Positions 14,641 through 31,317 of a stretch of DNA of 64,000 nt are shown here, piece by piece. Both the position numbers and the translations under genes were made by a program. The stretch's first letter is position 1; every line of letters begins with the position of its first letter. The DNA is from the human T2T-CHM13v2.0 reference genome, Homo sapiens, in NCBI RefSeq assembly GCF_009914755.1, contig NC_060929.1. One strand, written 5' to 3'. The notes below the pieces were generated by a model, which saw only the letters and a list, made by a program, of their open reading frames with translations, did not search any database and was not told the origin of the DNA.

Positions 14641-15839
14641 ATAAGAGATTCTCTCGGGGAGTCAGGCAGGGGCCAGAGCAGACAGACAGCCTCATTCATG
14701 TGGGTGCTGACGACTCCCTTTTCGCAGTCGAGGAAACTGAGGGCTCAGAAGAGTTAAACCACCTGCCCAAGGGCAAGTTGGCAAGAGATGAAGCTCAGGT
14801 GGGCCTCCCATGTCAGATCCTGTCGGGAGGCCAGGGGCAAAGCCCCCAGGTGCTCTAAGGTCCCCCTATCCTCGTGAGGGGTGAGAACAGGAGAGGCCCA
14901 GCCTGGGAGAGAGAACACTGTGTTTGTGAGAGAGAGTCAGAAGAGGCAGCAGCCTAAACGCACGGCAGACCCCGGCCAGCCCTGGCTGCCAGCACAACTG
15001 CTTGTGCGGCTGCCAAGCAGCCAGATGCCGCTTCTGGAAAAAATATCTTCCTGGCTTGGCACTCTCTGGCCGGCCGGCCTGCCATGCAACGGGAGGAGGG
15101 GGCTGCCGAGTGTGGGCCGCTGTTTAGCACCCCAGAACGGCGCTGCTGTGCCTTTGAAGCCAGGCAGGAACAGGGAAGGGAGGGGGCAGGGAGGATGCAA
15201 GCAAAATATTTTCGCTAAAAATATTCTGGTCCAGGAGAAGATCTTTTTTTCTTTTTTTCCCCTACTCTTGCTGGAAAACCAAAGTCTTATTAAAACAACA
15301 CCAGAATATTTCATGTTGATATCAATTAGGCGAAGGAGAAGGAATCTTGAATTTTCCTCCCTGCCAGTTTCACATAAAAGGAATATTCTCCCAGAGGCCA
15401 AAGGATGAAGGTTTTTAGTTTTTTCCCTTTCTGCAAAAAAATTCCTGCAATGTGGACGGAAAGTTCCTCATGTCTGAGAGCTTCCTGAGAAGTTGGGGCT
15501 CTGGAGCTTGAAGCCAAGTTCTCCCCCTAAGCCTGGAGGGGCAGGGCAGGTGGCTGGCTCTTTCACAAGGCCCTCTGAACCTGTCAGGGAGGGACGTGGC
15601 CAGGCCCACTCTGCGTGAGGCTGGCCCATCCTGTGTACTCTAGAAGGCCTCAAGCCAGCTGGGCCGCTTAGCCAATGGCCAGAGATCAGCAGATATAGAC
15701 AGAGCATTTGGCCTCTGCCTCTGGCACCCCTCATCAAAGCTTCTTAGGCAGCGTCAAGACAGGAGTTGCTTTGAGGTGTCTGGCTGAGGCCCCTGTCTCT
15801 GGTAGAGTCCTTTCCTAGCCATGATGGCAGCACCATTGC

Positions 15840-16030
15840 CTCACACTTACTATGTGCCAGGCACTTACAAATATATGTTAATATCTCATCTACTCCTCAC
15901 AACGACCACAAGAAAAAAGGATTATATGATTCCCCCATGCCCCTGAGAAAACCGGGGCTTAGAGTCACACAACTAGAAACCTGCACTGACAAGATTTGAA
16001 CCCAGGCCCCTCAACCCTAAAGTCTGTGTT
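15840..16030 (-). mobile_element. MIR SINE
   Basis: cacttactatgtgccaggcact...ctcctcacaacgacc...gatttgaacccagg. Confidence 0.8.
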
Positions 16031-16264
16031 CTGTCTTCTATTCCAACCTGCCCCTCATATGACCCATTAGCTCAGAGTTTGGTCTCCTATGGAGAATTTG
16101 GTAAGTAAGGGAAGCTTTTCTGTCCTGGCTATCATCTTAACCCTCCAGCTCTAAATCAGAGCTCCTAAAAACCACCCCTTCGGCAATGTTTTCTCTCCCT
16201 TTTCTCCTTTGCTAAGCTTTCAGAATGTCCCTTAAACATTATTTATTTATTTATTTATTTATTG

Positions 16265-16452
16265 AACCATTCATTTATCCATCCATCTGTCCATCTGTCC
16301 ATCCATCCATTCATCCACCCACCCACCTACCCATCCATCCACCCATCCATCCATCCATCCATCCACCCATCCATCCATCCATCTATCCATTCTTCTACCT
16401 ACATCCACCTATCCATTCATCCATCCACTCATCCATTCACCCACCCATCCCA
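16265..16452 (+). repeat. (CCAT)n/(CCAC)n simple repeat
   Basis: Direct reading. Confidence 0.92.
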
Positions 16453-16779
16453 TGTTTACTAACTGCCAGGCATCAGAGGTGTAGAAATGACTAGAACACA
16501 GCTCCTGCTGAGGCCTCATTCAGGTTCATCAAATATTGGAGGTGGAATGTAATATTAGAAAGTGTCTAATGCCACCCCCTCAGATGTAATCTAGGTGGGA
16601 GGAAGTATCTTATTTTACAGGTGAGGAAACTGCAGGCCAGGAAAAGCAATGAGACTTGCTGGGAAGTTGTGCTTTGTAATTGAAAGATTGAGAATCCTGA
16701 AGCTCAAACAGACTTCTAGGTCCAGTTTGCTTCCTTCCTAGCTGAGGGACTTGTGCAAGTCACTGAAACTCTGTAAAGG

Positions 16780-17790
<1,011 letters not shown>

Positions 17791-18159
17791 ATACTGAGCC
17801 CTCAGGGTACAGATAGAAGAAAACGTGGTTGTTGCCTTCACAGAGTGTGTGTTTTAAAAAGGGCAGCACGTGGAAGGAACCAGCAAGTTCACCAGGCCAA
17901 CAAGCTGTAGAAAGGGGTCAGCCCCACGACTGTGGGAGCCCAGGGTGGCATCTCATCCAGCCCAGGGAACCCATTAACGTGGCCTGTTACAGTTCCACTG
18001 TGACAGATGTTGTCCTACCTGGGGCTCCCAGTGGCTGCTAGCAACCCCTGAACCTACTCTGTTCCATAGAATGGGGAAGAGAGGACTCACTTGGCCCAAA
18101 CTCGGAATTTGGGAGCTCATCTCATTCTCTCCGTAGCCCTGTCAGATCAATACTGTTAA

Positions 18160-18596
<437 letters not shown>

Positions 18597-18689
18597 AGAA
18601 TCTTTACTTTAGGGTATAGGGTTGTCTCCTGGGAGGGAGCTCCTGGGCCTGTCAGTCAAAGTCAATGCCTTCCGAGACCAGGCAGGGGA

Positions 18690-18925
18690 CATCAGTGAGG
18701 CACGTGGGCTGCGGAGCAGAGTGTACAGCTTCATCTAAGGGAAAGCCACTCCTCAGCCCGGCCAATTGTGGCCCTACAGAAATGTGGGCCTAGGGTTGAC
18801 AGATCTGGTTTCTAAAGAGAAGCCGGAAACCTGGATTTTTATGTGAAATTTCCCACTTTTTAGAACAGTGTCAGGTCCAAACAAAACACATGTGCTTGCT
18901 GAGTTGACCTCATGGCCACCAGCTC
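18690..18925. mobile_element. MER102-like hAT-Charlie relic
   Basis: agagaagccggaaacctggatttttatgtgaaatttccc...ccaaacaaaacacatgtgc. Confidence 0.7.
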
Positions 18926-19719
18926 CAGACTTTGGCCTTTTGGATGGTGTTTAAAAGCAAGCAAGGATCACACATGCCGGGTTCAAATCCTGCATCCCTC
19001 CCAACTGGCTGTGTGTTCTTGGGCAAGTGAGTTCACCTCCCTATCAGTCATCCTGTGCCTCAGAGCTATACAAGAACCACGGGGCACAGGGCCCCTCACA
19101 GATGCTGGATAAATGGTGGTGAGGAGGTGGTCTCTGTGTGTGTGTGTTGGGTGGGGGGGCTGTGGTGTGCACGGCTTTGGGTGGGTCGGAGATTTTTATT
19201 GCCTTCACATTCCTGTCCCGGCCTTTCCTCATGGCTCCTGAGAGCTATGGAGCCCATGTGTGGGATCGGTCACACGCCTGAACTCTAGGAGAGCCCTTCC
19301 CTCGCTCACCCTCTTCCAAGCCTTCCCCGAGGGCTCCTTACGGCTCTCCTGAGCAGCAAGACCTCCAGCCCGGAGCCTTCCTCGCCAGCCTGGCTCCCCA
19401 CTCCTGCCACTCCTCTGCAGCACAGGAGAGCCGTGGGGACGTGTGGATTCCTGAGGGGATGTTTTCCACATTTCTGGAAACCCACTGCGGTTTGGTTTTC
19501 CGTGGTAAAGGGCTTGGCAGTGGCTCAGCCCAGTGGAACGGCTGGTGGCTGGGAAGGGCCCGAGTCAGAGGTATTCATTGAGCACCCACTGTGTACCAGG
19601 CCCCTGAGATTCACAGATGCTTAAAACAGTCCTGGGCCCTCCAAGAACTTCATTATCTCAGTATGAATTCAGACTTGAAATCCGAGAAGTTAAAAACATC
19701 TCAAAACCACGTCCTTGCC

Positions 19720-20360
19720 ACTCAGGCCAGAAGCCTGCCTTCCTCTGGCTTCCTCCTCATCCCAGCAGACACTGGGTTCATCCTGCTGTATCCTCTAAAT
19801 CTCTTGGGCCCGCTCATTTCTCTCCACCTCGTTGCCAAGGCTTTGGTGGATCGTCATCCTCCCTCCCCTAATGATGACAGCTGCCTCCGCCCTGGACTCC
19901 CTGCCTCCAGCCAACCCTCCTTCAATCCCTCCCCATGGCCCCTGAAAAGTCTTTCTAAAAGCCAAATCTGATCATGTAATGTCCATACCAAGAGCCCTCA
20001 GTGACCTCAAGGTAGAGTCTAAACTCCCCATATTGGCCCACAGACCTTGCAGGACCTGCCCTCTCCTTCCTGCCTTCGACAGCTTTATCTCTGCCCCCAT
20101 TTCTCGGAGCGCTCTGTACTTTAGAGGGCCTTCTCGGAGTTAACTGTACAGATGCATTCTGCTTTCTGTCCACTCTGGGCCTTTGCACACACAGTCTTCT
20201 CTTCCTAGAATACTTTCCCACCATCACATTCACCAAGTGAATTCTACTGATTTTTCAGGTCTTTGCTTAAATGTTACTTCTTCCAGGAAGTCTTCCCTAC
20301 TCATCCCCATCTCCAGGCTGGATAAGGTAACTTTGCTCTGTATCCCCAGTGCTTTGCTTA
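19720..20360 (+). mobile_element. L2 fragment
   Basis: tttctaaaagccaaatctgatcatgt...gggcctttgcacac...ttaaatgttacttcttccaggaagtcttccct. Confidence 0.8.
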
Positions 20361-20452
20361 TGTTACTACTGATTAACTACTAACAACAGTACTATAACTA
20401 CTAAAAATACTGCTAACAATAGTACTAATGCTAATCTTAAAGCTAGTACTAA

Positions 20453-20777
<325 letters not shown>

Positions 20778-21468
20778 TTAAGGCTAGTACTAAGTTTAAT
20801 GTCAATACTAACACTAATACAAATATTAGTGAACACTAATGCTCATAGCAAGTGCTTCCATAATGTCCGCATGTGCCAAGCACTGTTCTAAGCACTCAAT
20901 ACATATTAGTTCCCTTTAGCCTCTCAATGCCCTCTGAGGTGGGAACTATTATTGTCCGCCCTTCACAGGTGAGGTATAGAGAGGTGGCATCGCGTGTCCA
21001 AGGTCACATGGATAGTAAATGGTAAAGCTGGGATTTGTTATCCTTCACATATCAGTCGGTCTTGCAAAGACCTATTTTCCTGGTCTGTTTCTGTCCCTGT
21101 CCTAAACTCTGGGACAGCAAGGCCCAGTGCTGCCTTGTCTGTGGGTACATCTCCAGCACCCAGCACAGTGCTTGGCATAGAGTAGGTGCTCAATAAATGC
21201 CTGATGATTGAAGGAAGCCATGGTAGATGTACTGGAGAACTCAAGACCTGCCTGAGTGCAGAGTTGGATCAAATAACCCATGTTGGACCCTTGCTACTTG
21301 GGGTCTAGCATTCAGGGTGCAAACTTTATCTAAAAGCAATTCATCAAGGGAAAGTAGACAAGAATACATGTAACCTCTACACTTTTAACACTTGCTATCT
21401 TATTATTGATTCATTAGGATAATAATGAAGCACTTGCCCAGCTCCAGCAGAGAAGAGCTGCTTAATTA

Positions 21469-21650
<182 letters not shown>

Positions 21651-23059
21651 AATAAAAAGAGAAGTCGTAATGAGCAGAGACTCCTGGTTATGACCTAGGA
21701 AGGTGGCATGCCTATTTTACAGATGAGGAGACTGAGCCTGTGGGAAAGGAAGACGTGCCTTACAGAGCGCATCCAGCCAGCCAAGGAAGGAGTGGAGATT
21801 TAAACTCCCAAGGCTGGTTCTCTTTTGCCTGAGGACAGCGGCCTCCATTGACCCATCCCCAAATTCACAGAGAAATTTTTACGTACCAAATTTATATTTC
21901 TTTTGAGATAAGAATATTTCAATCCCCTTGAGACCCTTGAGATTTTTAAAATCCACTTTTCAAGTATCCTTTTCTATTTTGCCCACTTTTCAATATTTCT
22001 AGATTAAACAAAAAAGCCCAGGTCAGGAAGATCAGATGCTTTTATCTTACTTGGGCATTTCTATTAAGTATCAAGTTGATGGTGCTTCGTATGTTTCATT
22101 AGATTTCTCTATTTTGTGCTTTTTTTTTTTTTTTTCCTTCTTTTTCTTCTGTTTGGGTGTGCTGACATTTGTGCACTGTGTGAATTTGTTCCATGCTAAC
22201 AGAGTGAGCCAGAACTGCTTTCAGGGGAAGGAAGACAGGGTGGGGCAGACAGGTCGGGCGTGTACTTGGCTTCATTGCACTTTATTATTTATGATATAGA
22301 GATTGCAGACATCTTTGTTCTTTTCTGTCTGTTAAAAGTATAGCTTACTTACTTTTTTCTCATTATAAGGAATTAAAGAAACTGGATAATAAGATGAATA
22401 TGAAGAAAACCCTTAAATCACTGATGTTCCAATCACATTAATTTTTTTACATTTTGAGTTATTTCTTTCTTGTCTTTTTTACTCTATTTAATTTTGATTA
22501 TTACAGAGTATGGATTCCACTACATAGGCAGTTTTTTCTTCCTGATTTTTCTTCATTTAATATTAGGTGATAAGCATTTTATGTGTTTTTGTTTGAATTT
22601 ATTAATATATCTTTTACATATCACTGTAGATCTTTATAATATTATTTTAAGTGAATTAATAGGTTGACATCTCCCCAATCATCCCAATATTACTGAAGAT
22701 TAAAGTTGTTTCAGTTTTTAAACTATTCTAAATAAAATTTAATTTTTTAAAAAAATATTGCTTTCCTAAGATAGATGCTCAGAAGTAGAATTACTGAGCC
22801 AAAGGTCTTGAATACTCTTAACAAATTCTGTTATACATTGTTAATTTCCTATATATATATATTCACATGTCCACATGTAAATATTGAGAATGCCTGTATG
22901 ACTCCATCCTCATCAGCGTGGGCTGTTATATACTTTTAAACTTTAAAACTGTTGTTAATTTGACAACAGAGAATTGACATCTTCTTGTTTTAATTTATAT
23001 TTCTTTGATTGCTGGTGAAGTTGAATTCCCTGTTTTTTAAAAAATAAGTTAAATCCAGA

Positions 23060-24110
<1,051 letters not shown>

Positions 24111-25283
24111 GTTAAATCCCGGTTTTTTTGTGACATAATAATTTATATCCTTTGCCCACTTATTTTTTGATTTTGTGTCTTTCTTAACTAATTTGCCCTT
24201 GATAAAGATTTTAGCCCTTTAGTCATTTTTGGTAGAATTTATTGTTTTTTTTCCCCCCAAACTGTGGGTCTTGTCATGTTCATTTTGGCTTTTTTTTTTT
24301 TTTTTCATGTACAGATATATTTATTTGCTTTCTCTCTTGTCATTTCCTCAGATGTATCTAAGCTTAAACCGTCACTGCCTTTCAGTGGTGGATGGAGCCC
24401 CCTTTTTAAGCTGTGGGTGCTAGCCTACACTAGCCATTCAAAGGTTTGGGACAGCATTGGTATGTGGCCTGAGGGCTGGTTGTGACCACACACACACACC
24501 CTGAGTCACCAACGCCTGGGAGACTCCACCTTCTCCCCACTCTTCCCCACCTTTGGCTTCCCACGTCTGAGCGAGGTGTCTTATCTATAACAAAACCTTT
24601 TGACAAATGCCACAGCATGTCAAAGTCATTGCTGTGAAACTTCATGACAGGCTCCTTTGAACATCCAGATCAGTCATCTTCCTTCCACGTTGAGCATTCA
24701 GTACTCTCAAACGAGTGTCATAGATATGTGTGGCGTCACTGCCTCTTTCAGAAGCCATGGTGTGTAAAGGCTTAGCACCCAGGGAAAAGCACCTGCCATT
24801 GACACTCGGGCTTGGGAAATAGAAATATCCTTTCTTCCCTCCCCTTCTCCTTTTCTCCCTCTTCCTCTTTTTCCTTTGATGAATCTTGACTTAGCCTCCC
24901 AGGCTGCTGACAGTGGCACGGAGTTGACTTCTGCTCAAATGATAAGTGGGTGCCATGATCCCCAAATCGGGCACTTGATGTGAGGAGCCAAGGCAAGGAA
25001 CAAAAAAGTCCTCGGAGACAGCCCCCAGCTGTGTCCATCGCCCCCAGCTGTCTCAGTGCTTAATCAATAATCCCCAGCACCTGTCAATCAGCAGTGACCA
25101 GGGACCTTCAGTGTCCTAATACTGGACACGGTGACTCAGCATTTTGGCTTTCAAAGACCTGCCCCATTTCTCTTTCCCCAAACCTGGTCCTACTGAGTGG
25201 GGTTGGCTTGCCTGCACGCAGTTCCCCTTGGCATGCAATCTTGGCTCTTTTAGTCTTTATGTTTTCTCTGTTCTTTTTGTTTA

Positions 25284-25365
25284 TTTCAACTAATCATATG
25301 AAATAGAAGATATTTTACTGTTTTTGATCTATCAAAATGGCAATTTCATGTGGTTTAACTTAATA
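25284..25365. mobile_element. MADE2-like mariner MITE
   Basis: catatgaaat...tttttgatctatcaaaatggcaatttcatgtggtttaacttaata; palindromic about 80 bp, matches recalled MADE2. Confidence 0.75.
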
Positions 25366-25889
25366 TTTTCAGAAATTGTATAAGGGATACAGGAGTATCA
25401 TAAAAAATAAGGACGACATAAACAAAGAATATACACAAATGTTATCACTGTTAAATTTTTTTTGTATAAACCTCTGTTTTTATGTGATACATTCACATGT
25501 AACTATACACAGAGATTTTATAGAAATGGAATCTAACTACCTGTATAAAATTACCTTGTTAATTAGCAATATATTGTGAATGACTTTCCATGTCAATAGA
25601 CATGCTTCTTTAACATCATTTTCAGTGTTTATTCTATTGTATGGTTGTACCATAATTAAGCATGACCAGTAATTCAGAAGATTCAGGACTGTGGGGGCAG
25701 GAGAAGGATGGGGAATGTGGTCAGAGGGGTAGGGGGCCAAGGTGGTGTAGGGTTACTAAAGCCAAGGCCGGAAAGACTTTTAAGATGCTTTATATTGTAA
25801 AGGGCCCTGGAATATTTGAATAAATGGGAAGGAGCCTCCAGCTCTGGAGAGGGGGACACTGGCAGCCAGAGAAAAGGTTGGAAGTCATA

Positions 25890-26250
25890 TTCACTTATTC
25901 ACTCATTCAAAAGATATTTATTGAACTTTTACTGTGTGCCAGACATTTTAATGGGGGTACTGCAGTGACTGAGACGGACACAGCTCCTACTTTCAAGGAG
26001 CTTATTTCATAGTGGGGGGAGACAGACTATAAACAAATGCAATAATTGCATATTAAGAAAAGTGTCAGGAAGGAAAATGAACAAGGAGTGTGATGAAGCT
26101 TCAGGAGGCACTGGAACAGGGGATGGTAAATCTTGGATAGGGTGATCGGGTACAGCAGCTCTGAGAAGGCGAGATTTGAGCTGAGACCTGAGTGAGTCAG
26201 GGGAAGAAGGTTCTGGGCAGAGGGACCATTGAGTACAACAGCTAAGTCAA
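25890..26250 (-). mobile_element. L2 3' end
   Basis: attcactcattcaaaagatatttattgaacttttactgtgtgccagaca. Confidence 0.85.
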
Positions 26251-27156
26251 CTCAGTAAATGCAACCCCAGGTTTGAAACATTTTATTCATTCATGTCTTC
26301 ACCCAACAGACTTGCAGTTGAGCTCCTCCTCTGTTTCAGATAGGAATGAGGAAATCAGATGTTACTCCTCCCTCAAGGAAGAGAGGCATCCATTCGCTTC
26401 GTTTATTCACTCATTCATTCATTCATTCAAATACTTTCTGAGTACCCATTATGTGCCAATCCTTAACCATTAATAAGGAAATGAAGATGAGTAAGAATTA
26501 GTTCTTTTCTTCCAGGGCATTTGGGGGAAAAAACAAGGAGGGTGAGCAGAACAGCTCAGAGAGAAGAGATGGTCCGCCCAGGATCATGATAGGACTAGAG
26601 GAAGGTGTCCTGTTCCCCAGCCAGAGTTTCCAGCCATGTTTCCTGTGACCCCAACCCTCCTACGTCAGTCCTTTTTCAACCCAAGGTTTATGCACACAGC
26701 TTCCCCCAGCCCACACCTGGAAAAAGCATTAGACATTTATATCATTGCAGGCCCTAAGATGAAGTCTATAAATGGTTCTGGTTGCAGTTCTCTCATGTTC
26801 ACTGGATGTCATAAAATTGGCTCAGTGCAAACAGGGAGCCATTCCCTTTAACAGCTGGGTGTTAATGACTACACTGAGAGCAGTGGAGCTGTGTCCGGGT
26901 ATCCCCCAAACAGCAACCAGAAGCCCTTGTCCAGTTGGTTGCAATTGTTATGGGGCCATCAGTCAGTGAGTGTGGAGTATCATTCATACCGAGGTAACCA
27001 GGCGGAGCCCAGCAGGAAGTGTGTAATTGGCCAGCGGAAGATTCAGGAATGTGAGTAAAATGAGCTTCAAGGCATACGTCTTCACCTGTTATCACGGCAC
27101 TATGGAAAGACCCTTGATTCGGAATATCTCAACTTGGATTTGAATCCTGCTTTTGC

Positions 27157-27487
27157 TTTTGTGTTTTTTTCTGTTTGTTTTGTTTTGTTTTGTTTTGAGA
27201 CAGGGTCTCACTCTGTCGCACAGGCTGGAGTACAGTGGCGTGAACACAACTCACTGCAGCCTCTACCTCCCTAGCTCAAGCAATCCTCTCGCCTCAGCCT
27301 CCTGAGTATCTAGGACAACAGGCACATGCCACCATATCTGGCTAATTTTTTCATTTTTTGTAGAGGTGATCGGGTATGTTTTATGCCGTGTTGCCCAGGC
27401 TGGTCTCAAACTCCTGGGCTCAAGCAATTCTCCTGTCTTGGCCTTCCCAAATGCTAGGATTACAGGTGTGAGCCGCCAGGCCTGGCC
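27157..27487 (-). mobile_element. Alu (AluJ-like) splitting a MIR
   Basis: Reverse Alu with (TTTTG)n tail; MIR text resumes at about 27500. Confidence 0.93.
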
Positions 27488-27571
27488 GTAATTTTGCCTT
27501 TTGCATGCTGGGTGACCTTGGGCATTTGGCTTAACCCCTTGGAGCCTGTTTCATCATTTGTAGAATAGGCA

Positions 27572-28030
27572 TGTGACAGACACTGTTCGTTGCCCACTGA
27601 ATAGTTATTACCTCCATCTAACAGAGCCCTGAGTTCATCCATGTTGATGATGTCCTTACCCTGGGGATGTGTCATGTTTGGGCTAAGCCAGTAATTGTTT
27701 TAAAAGCGGACATGTAACCAAATTCTGACCAACAGGACATCTGGTTGGAGGTTTATGAAAAACATTTTGTCTCCCTTTATTTCCTGCCGTGAATTCATTT
27801 GTGCAAAAATGTGGTAGTCACAGCTGAAGAAATCATCATAGAGCAACGAAATGATGAGCTTATAAATTAAAGCCCATGCACTGGGAATGACACAGGGGAA
27901 GGAGAGAAAGATCCTGATGACAACACTGAACTGTTGCATCAAACTGGGACTCTTTGTTACAGGAAGTAATTAAGTCTTTGATCGTCTTCGGGTGTTCTGT
28001 TACTCACATCTGAAGCATCCCTAGCTGACA
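27572..28030 (+). mobile_element. MLT1-family MaLR LTR
   Basis: tgtgacagacactgtt...catgtaaccaaattctgaccaa...tctgttactcacatctgaagcatccctagctgaca. Confidence 0.7.
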
Positions 28031-28399
28031 TAAGGAATGATGATTACTTTCTACAGCTCCTGGGGGAATTAGATGGCATTGTGTGCACTGTGCTAGGTAT
28101 TTCATCGTCACCCTCTTCCCTGATCCTTGTTGCATACAGTGTGACCTCTTACCCAGGGCTGGAGAAAGCCTCACCTCACTAGAAAAGAGTGACATGTTGG
28201 TAGTGGCATTTGCAAGACAGTTAGTGGCTTCTAGAAATACTCACAGGGGCATATTGTAGTAAAACATAATTCAGAATAATTGTCAACTGTGCAACCACCT
28301 GACCAGTCAGAACCCACCTAATTAACTGAACATTTATTAAATGGGTGTAAGTCCAGAGTGATTCTTTCAACAGAGTTTGTCCCACATGTGAGGGGACAA

Positions 28400-28867
28400 T
28401 GAAGTTGGTTGTCTTCATTTATTCTGACACCTATCCCATCCGAGGTAGTTAGTCTAAATCAATTAATATGATTTCACTCACCTTGGTAGTGATTGGCTCA
28501 GGAGTGGTCATGTGGCCCAGTTCTGGCCAATGAGATATGAGGGGAATTTACTGTGGGCCTTTTGGGAGAGTTTCCTCTTTCCTAAGAGACAGCCACAGGA
28601 AGCAAGGATCTGCCACTTTGCCTTGATGTTGCAGTGTCTGGTGGAGACATCTGGAACCACTGTGGCCATGTTACTGCCAGGCTGAGGATGAAATTAACAC
28701 TGAGACAGGGAGGATGGCTGGAAGGAGCCCACTCTGGTGGCAATGCTCAGTTACCGCAGTGCCAGTCCTGGAGCCTGACCTACCCATGGGGTTTCTAATA
28801 CGTAAGCTAAATATTTACTTATGAGTTGGGGTTTTTGGTTTTTTGCTGAAAGCATCCTGTCTGATAC
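28400..28867 (+). mobile_element. MLT1-family MaLR LTR
   Basis: gattggctcaggagtggtcatgtggcccagttctggccaatgagat...gctgaaagcatcctgtctgataca-like end. Confidence 0.7.
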
Positions 28868-29092
28868 TCTGAGTTTACTTAAGAGATTTTAGTTTATGCA
28901 AAGAAAATCCAGATGTATACCCAGTTTTACGGCACCAGGCTCTTGCAAGAAATGAGGCAGGGCTTTGGTAAGGAAGGTGGCACCATGCTTGTTTTTATGG
29001 ATTGGCTAAGAGGCATCCCTGTGCCAAAGCTGGACAAGAGAGCTTGGCTCTGTTGAAGCTGCAGGGTGGTAAAGGAGTGGAGGTATCTCTAC

Positions 29093-29527
29093 TGTATTAG
29101 TCTCCAGTGAAACAGAACCAATAGGCTACGTGTGTGTGTGTGTGCATACACATACGTGTGTATGTGCATGTGTGTGTGTGAAGAGAGATTTATTTTAAGG
29201 AATTGGCTCACTTGATTATGAAGGCTGGCAAGTTCAAAATCTGCAGGGTGGGCCAGCGTTTAGAGACCCAGATGAGAGCCAATGTTGCAGTTCCAGTCTG
29301 AAGACCATCTGCTGCAGAATTTACTCTTGCTTAAGGGTGGTCAGACTTCTTGTTCCATTCAGGTCTTCAGCTGACTGGGTGAAGCCCACTCATATTACAG
29401 AGGGCAATCTGCTTTACTCAAAAGACACTGATTTAAATGTTAATCTCAGAAACATCCAGAATAATGTTTGACCACATATCTGGGCACCATGGCCCAGCCA
29501 AATTGACACATAGCATTAACAATCACA
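29093..29527 (-). mobile_element. MLT2-family (ERVL) solo LTR with internal (TG)n
   Basis: TG...CA termini (tgtattag...aatcaca); homologous to the 1.8-2.2 kb copy. Confidence 0.85.
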
Positions 29528-29555
29528 CTTGCCATAATGTTGTCATAGTGATGAC

Positions 29556-29687
29556 AGTGAACTTGACAAGCACTCAGGAGATGGATGTGCAAAGATGCAC
29601 TAGGTCAGTGTCCTTAGCAGAGTGAACTTGACAAGCACTCAGCACATGGATGTGCAAAGATGCACTAGGTCAGTGTCCTTAGCAGAG
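29556..29687 (+). repeat. 65-bp tandem duplication (2 copies, 2 mismatches)
   Basis: agtgaacttgacaagcactcag...tccttagcag starts at 29556 and again at 29621. Confidence 0.97.
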
Positions 29688-30024
29688 ATCCAGGATTGAT
29701 GACATCCCCCCCTGTCGTCCACAAGTCCAGAAACCTGTCCCCTATCACCACTCCGGGTCAGGGCTGTATATTTCTCCCCTGTCCGACAGCCATAACAGGC
29801 ACCCTACTTCCAACCCCTTCCTTCTTCCAGCAGCCTTCACTCTGATTGTGCCCCCACAAGTGCCACTGCTCAAAAGCTTTTGATGACTTCCATGTGAAAA
29901 TGGAATGGAGATGAGGCCTCTGAGCCTGACCCTGAGGTCCTTGGCATGCTGTCCTGTGTCTTCCCATGTGCAGCTTCCATTGCTCTTCCCCCCAAATCCT
30001 TCCTTCTACTGTCTGCTTTGCTCA

Positions 30025-30502
<478 letters not shown>

Positions 30503-31100
30503 GACGGTCTTCTTCTTTCCCCCATCCTTCGTCCTTCCCTGAGGAAATACTTTTATTATTAAAGGACTTCTCACAGGCCCCTCCTCCAGGCTGTCTTCCC
30601 TGACCAAGCTCTTCTAAGTTATTATAACTCAGAGCCCTGTTGCCCACTGCTCTGTTCTTAGCACCCTCAACTAATTCGGCATTGTATTTGGCTCTTGTGT
30701 GTCTTATACCCCACAAGTTCCTCTGTGCATCCTAATATGGACCATATTTTGTCACTGTGCACTCTGCCTCCTCTCCTAGGATGCTTAGTCAAGACTCCCT
30801 TCTTGTCTTTCTGATGGACTCCTCTTCAACCTTCAAAGCCTTGCTCGGACATCATTTCCCTAAGGACCCCTTCCACGAGCCTGCACTAGAGCCCAGAACC
30901 GACTCCCCTGTGCTGCCTCTGCCTGCTGCCAGTGCGTTCATTTGCTGCTGTGCCCCTCTCCCCCTGCAGGGTGAGTGTCGTGGGTGCTGAATCAATGCCA
31001 GTCAGATGGCTCTGCATTTGCCGTGTGTGACCACCATAACCATCTTTACCCACATCTCACCGAGTACTGACTCGTAGTAAGCATTTGAAGGTTTGCTGAA

Positions 31101-31290
31101 GATGAGAACATTAGACACTGGGAACTACTAGAGTGGGGATGGATGAAGGGCTGAAAAACTACTTATTGGGCACTGACCTGGGCGATGGGATCAACCATAC
31201 CCCAAACCTCAGCCTCACGTAATATACCCAGGAAACAAACCTGCATAGGTACCCCTGAACCTAAAATAAAAGCTAAAATTAAAAAAAAAA
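31101..31290 (+). mobile_element. Short L1 3' end (old L1PA/PB type)
   Basis: aacaaacctgcataggtacccctgaacctaaaataaaag plus A tail; ggtttgc(t/c)gaa on both sides. Confidence 0.88.
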
Positions 31291-31317
31291 CAACCGGTTT
31301 GCCGAACCGAACTTGAG

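Noticed and set aside
29556-29687. Direct repeats as a CRISPR-like array
   Set aside because: Two abutting copies, no spacers, primate DNA, no cas genes.
30950-30978. cag-G-gtgagt as a 1-nt microexon
   Set aside because: Lies in decayed L2-like sequence; no supporting evidence.
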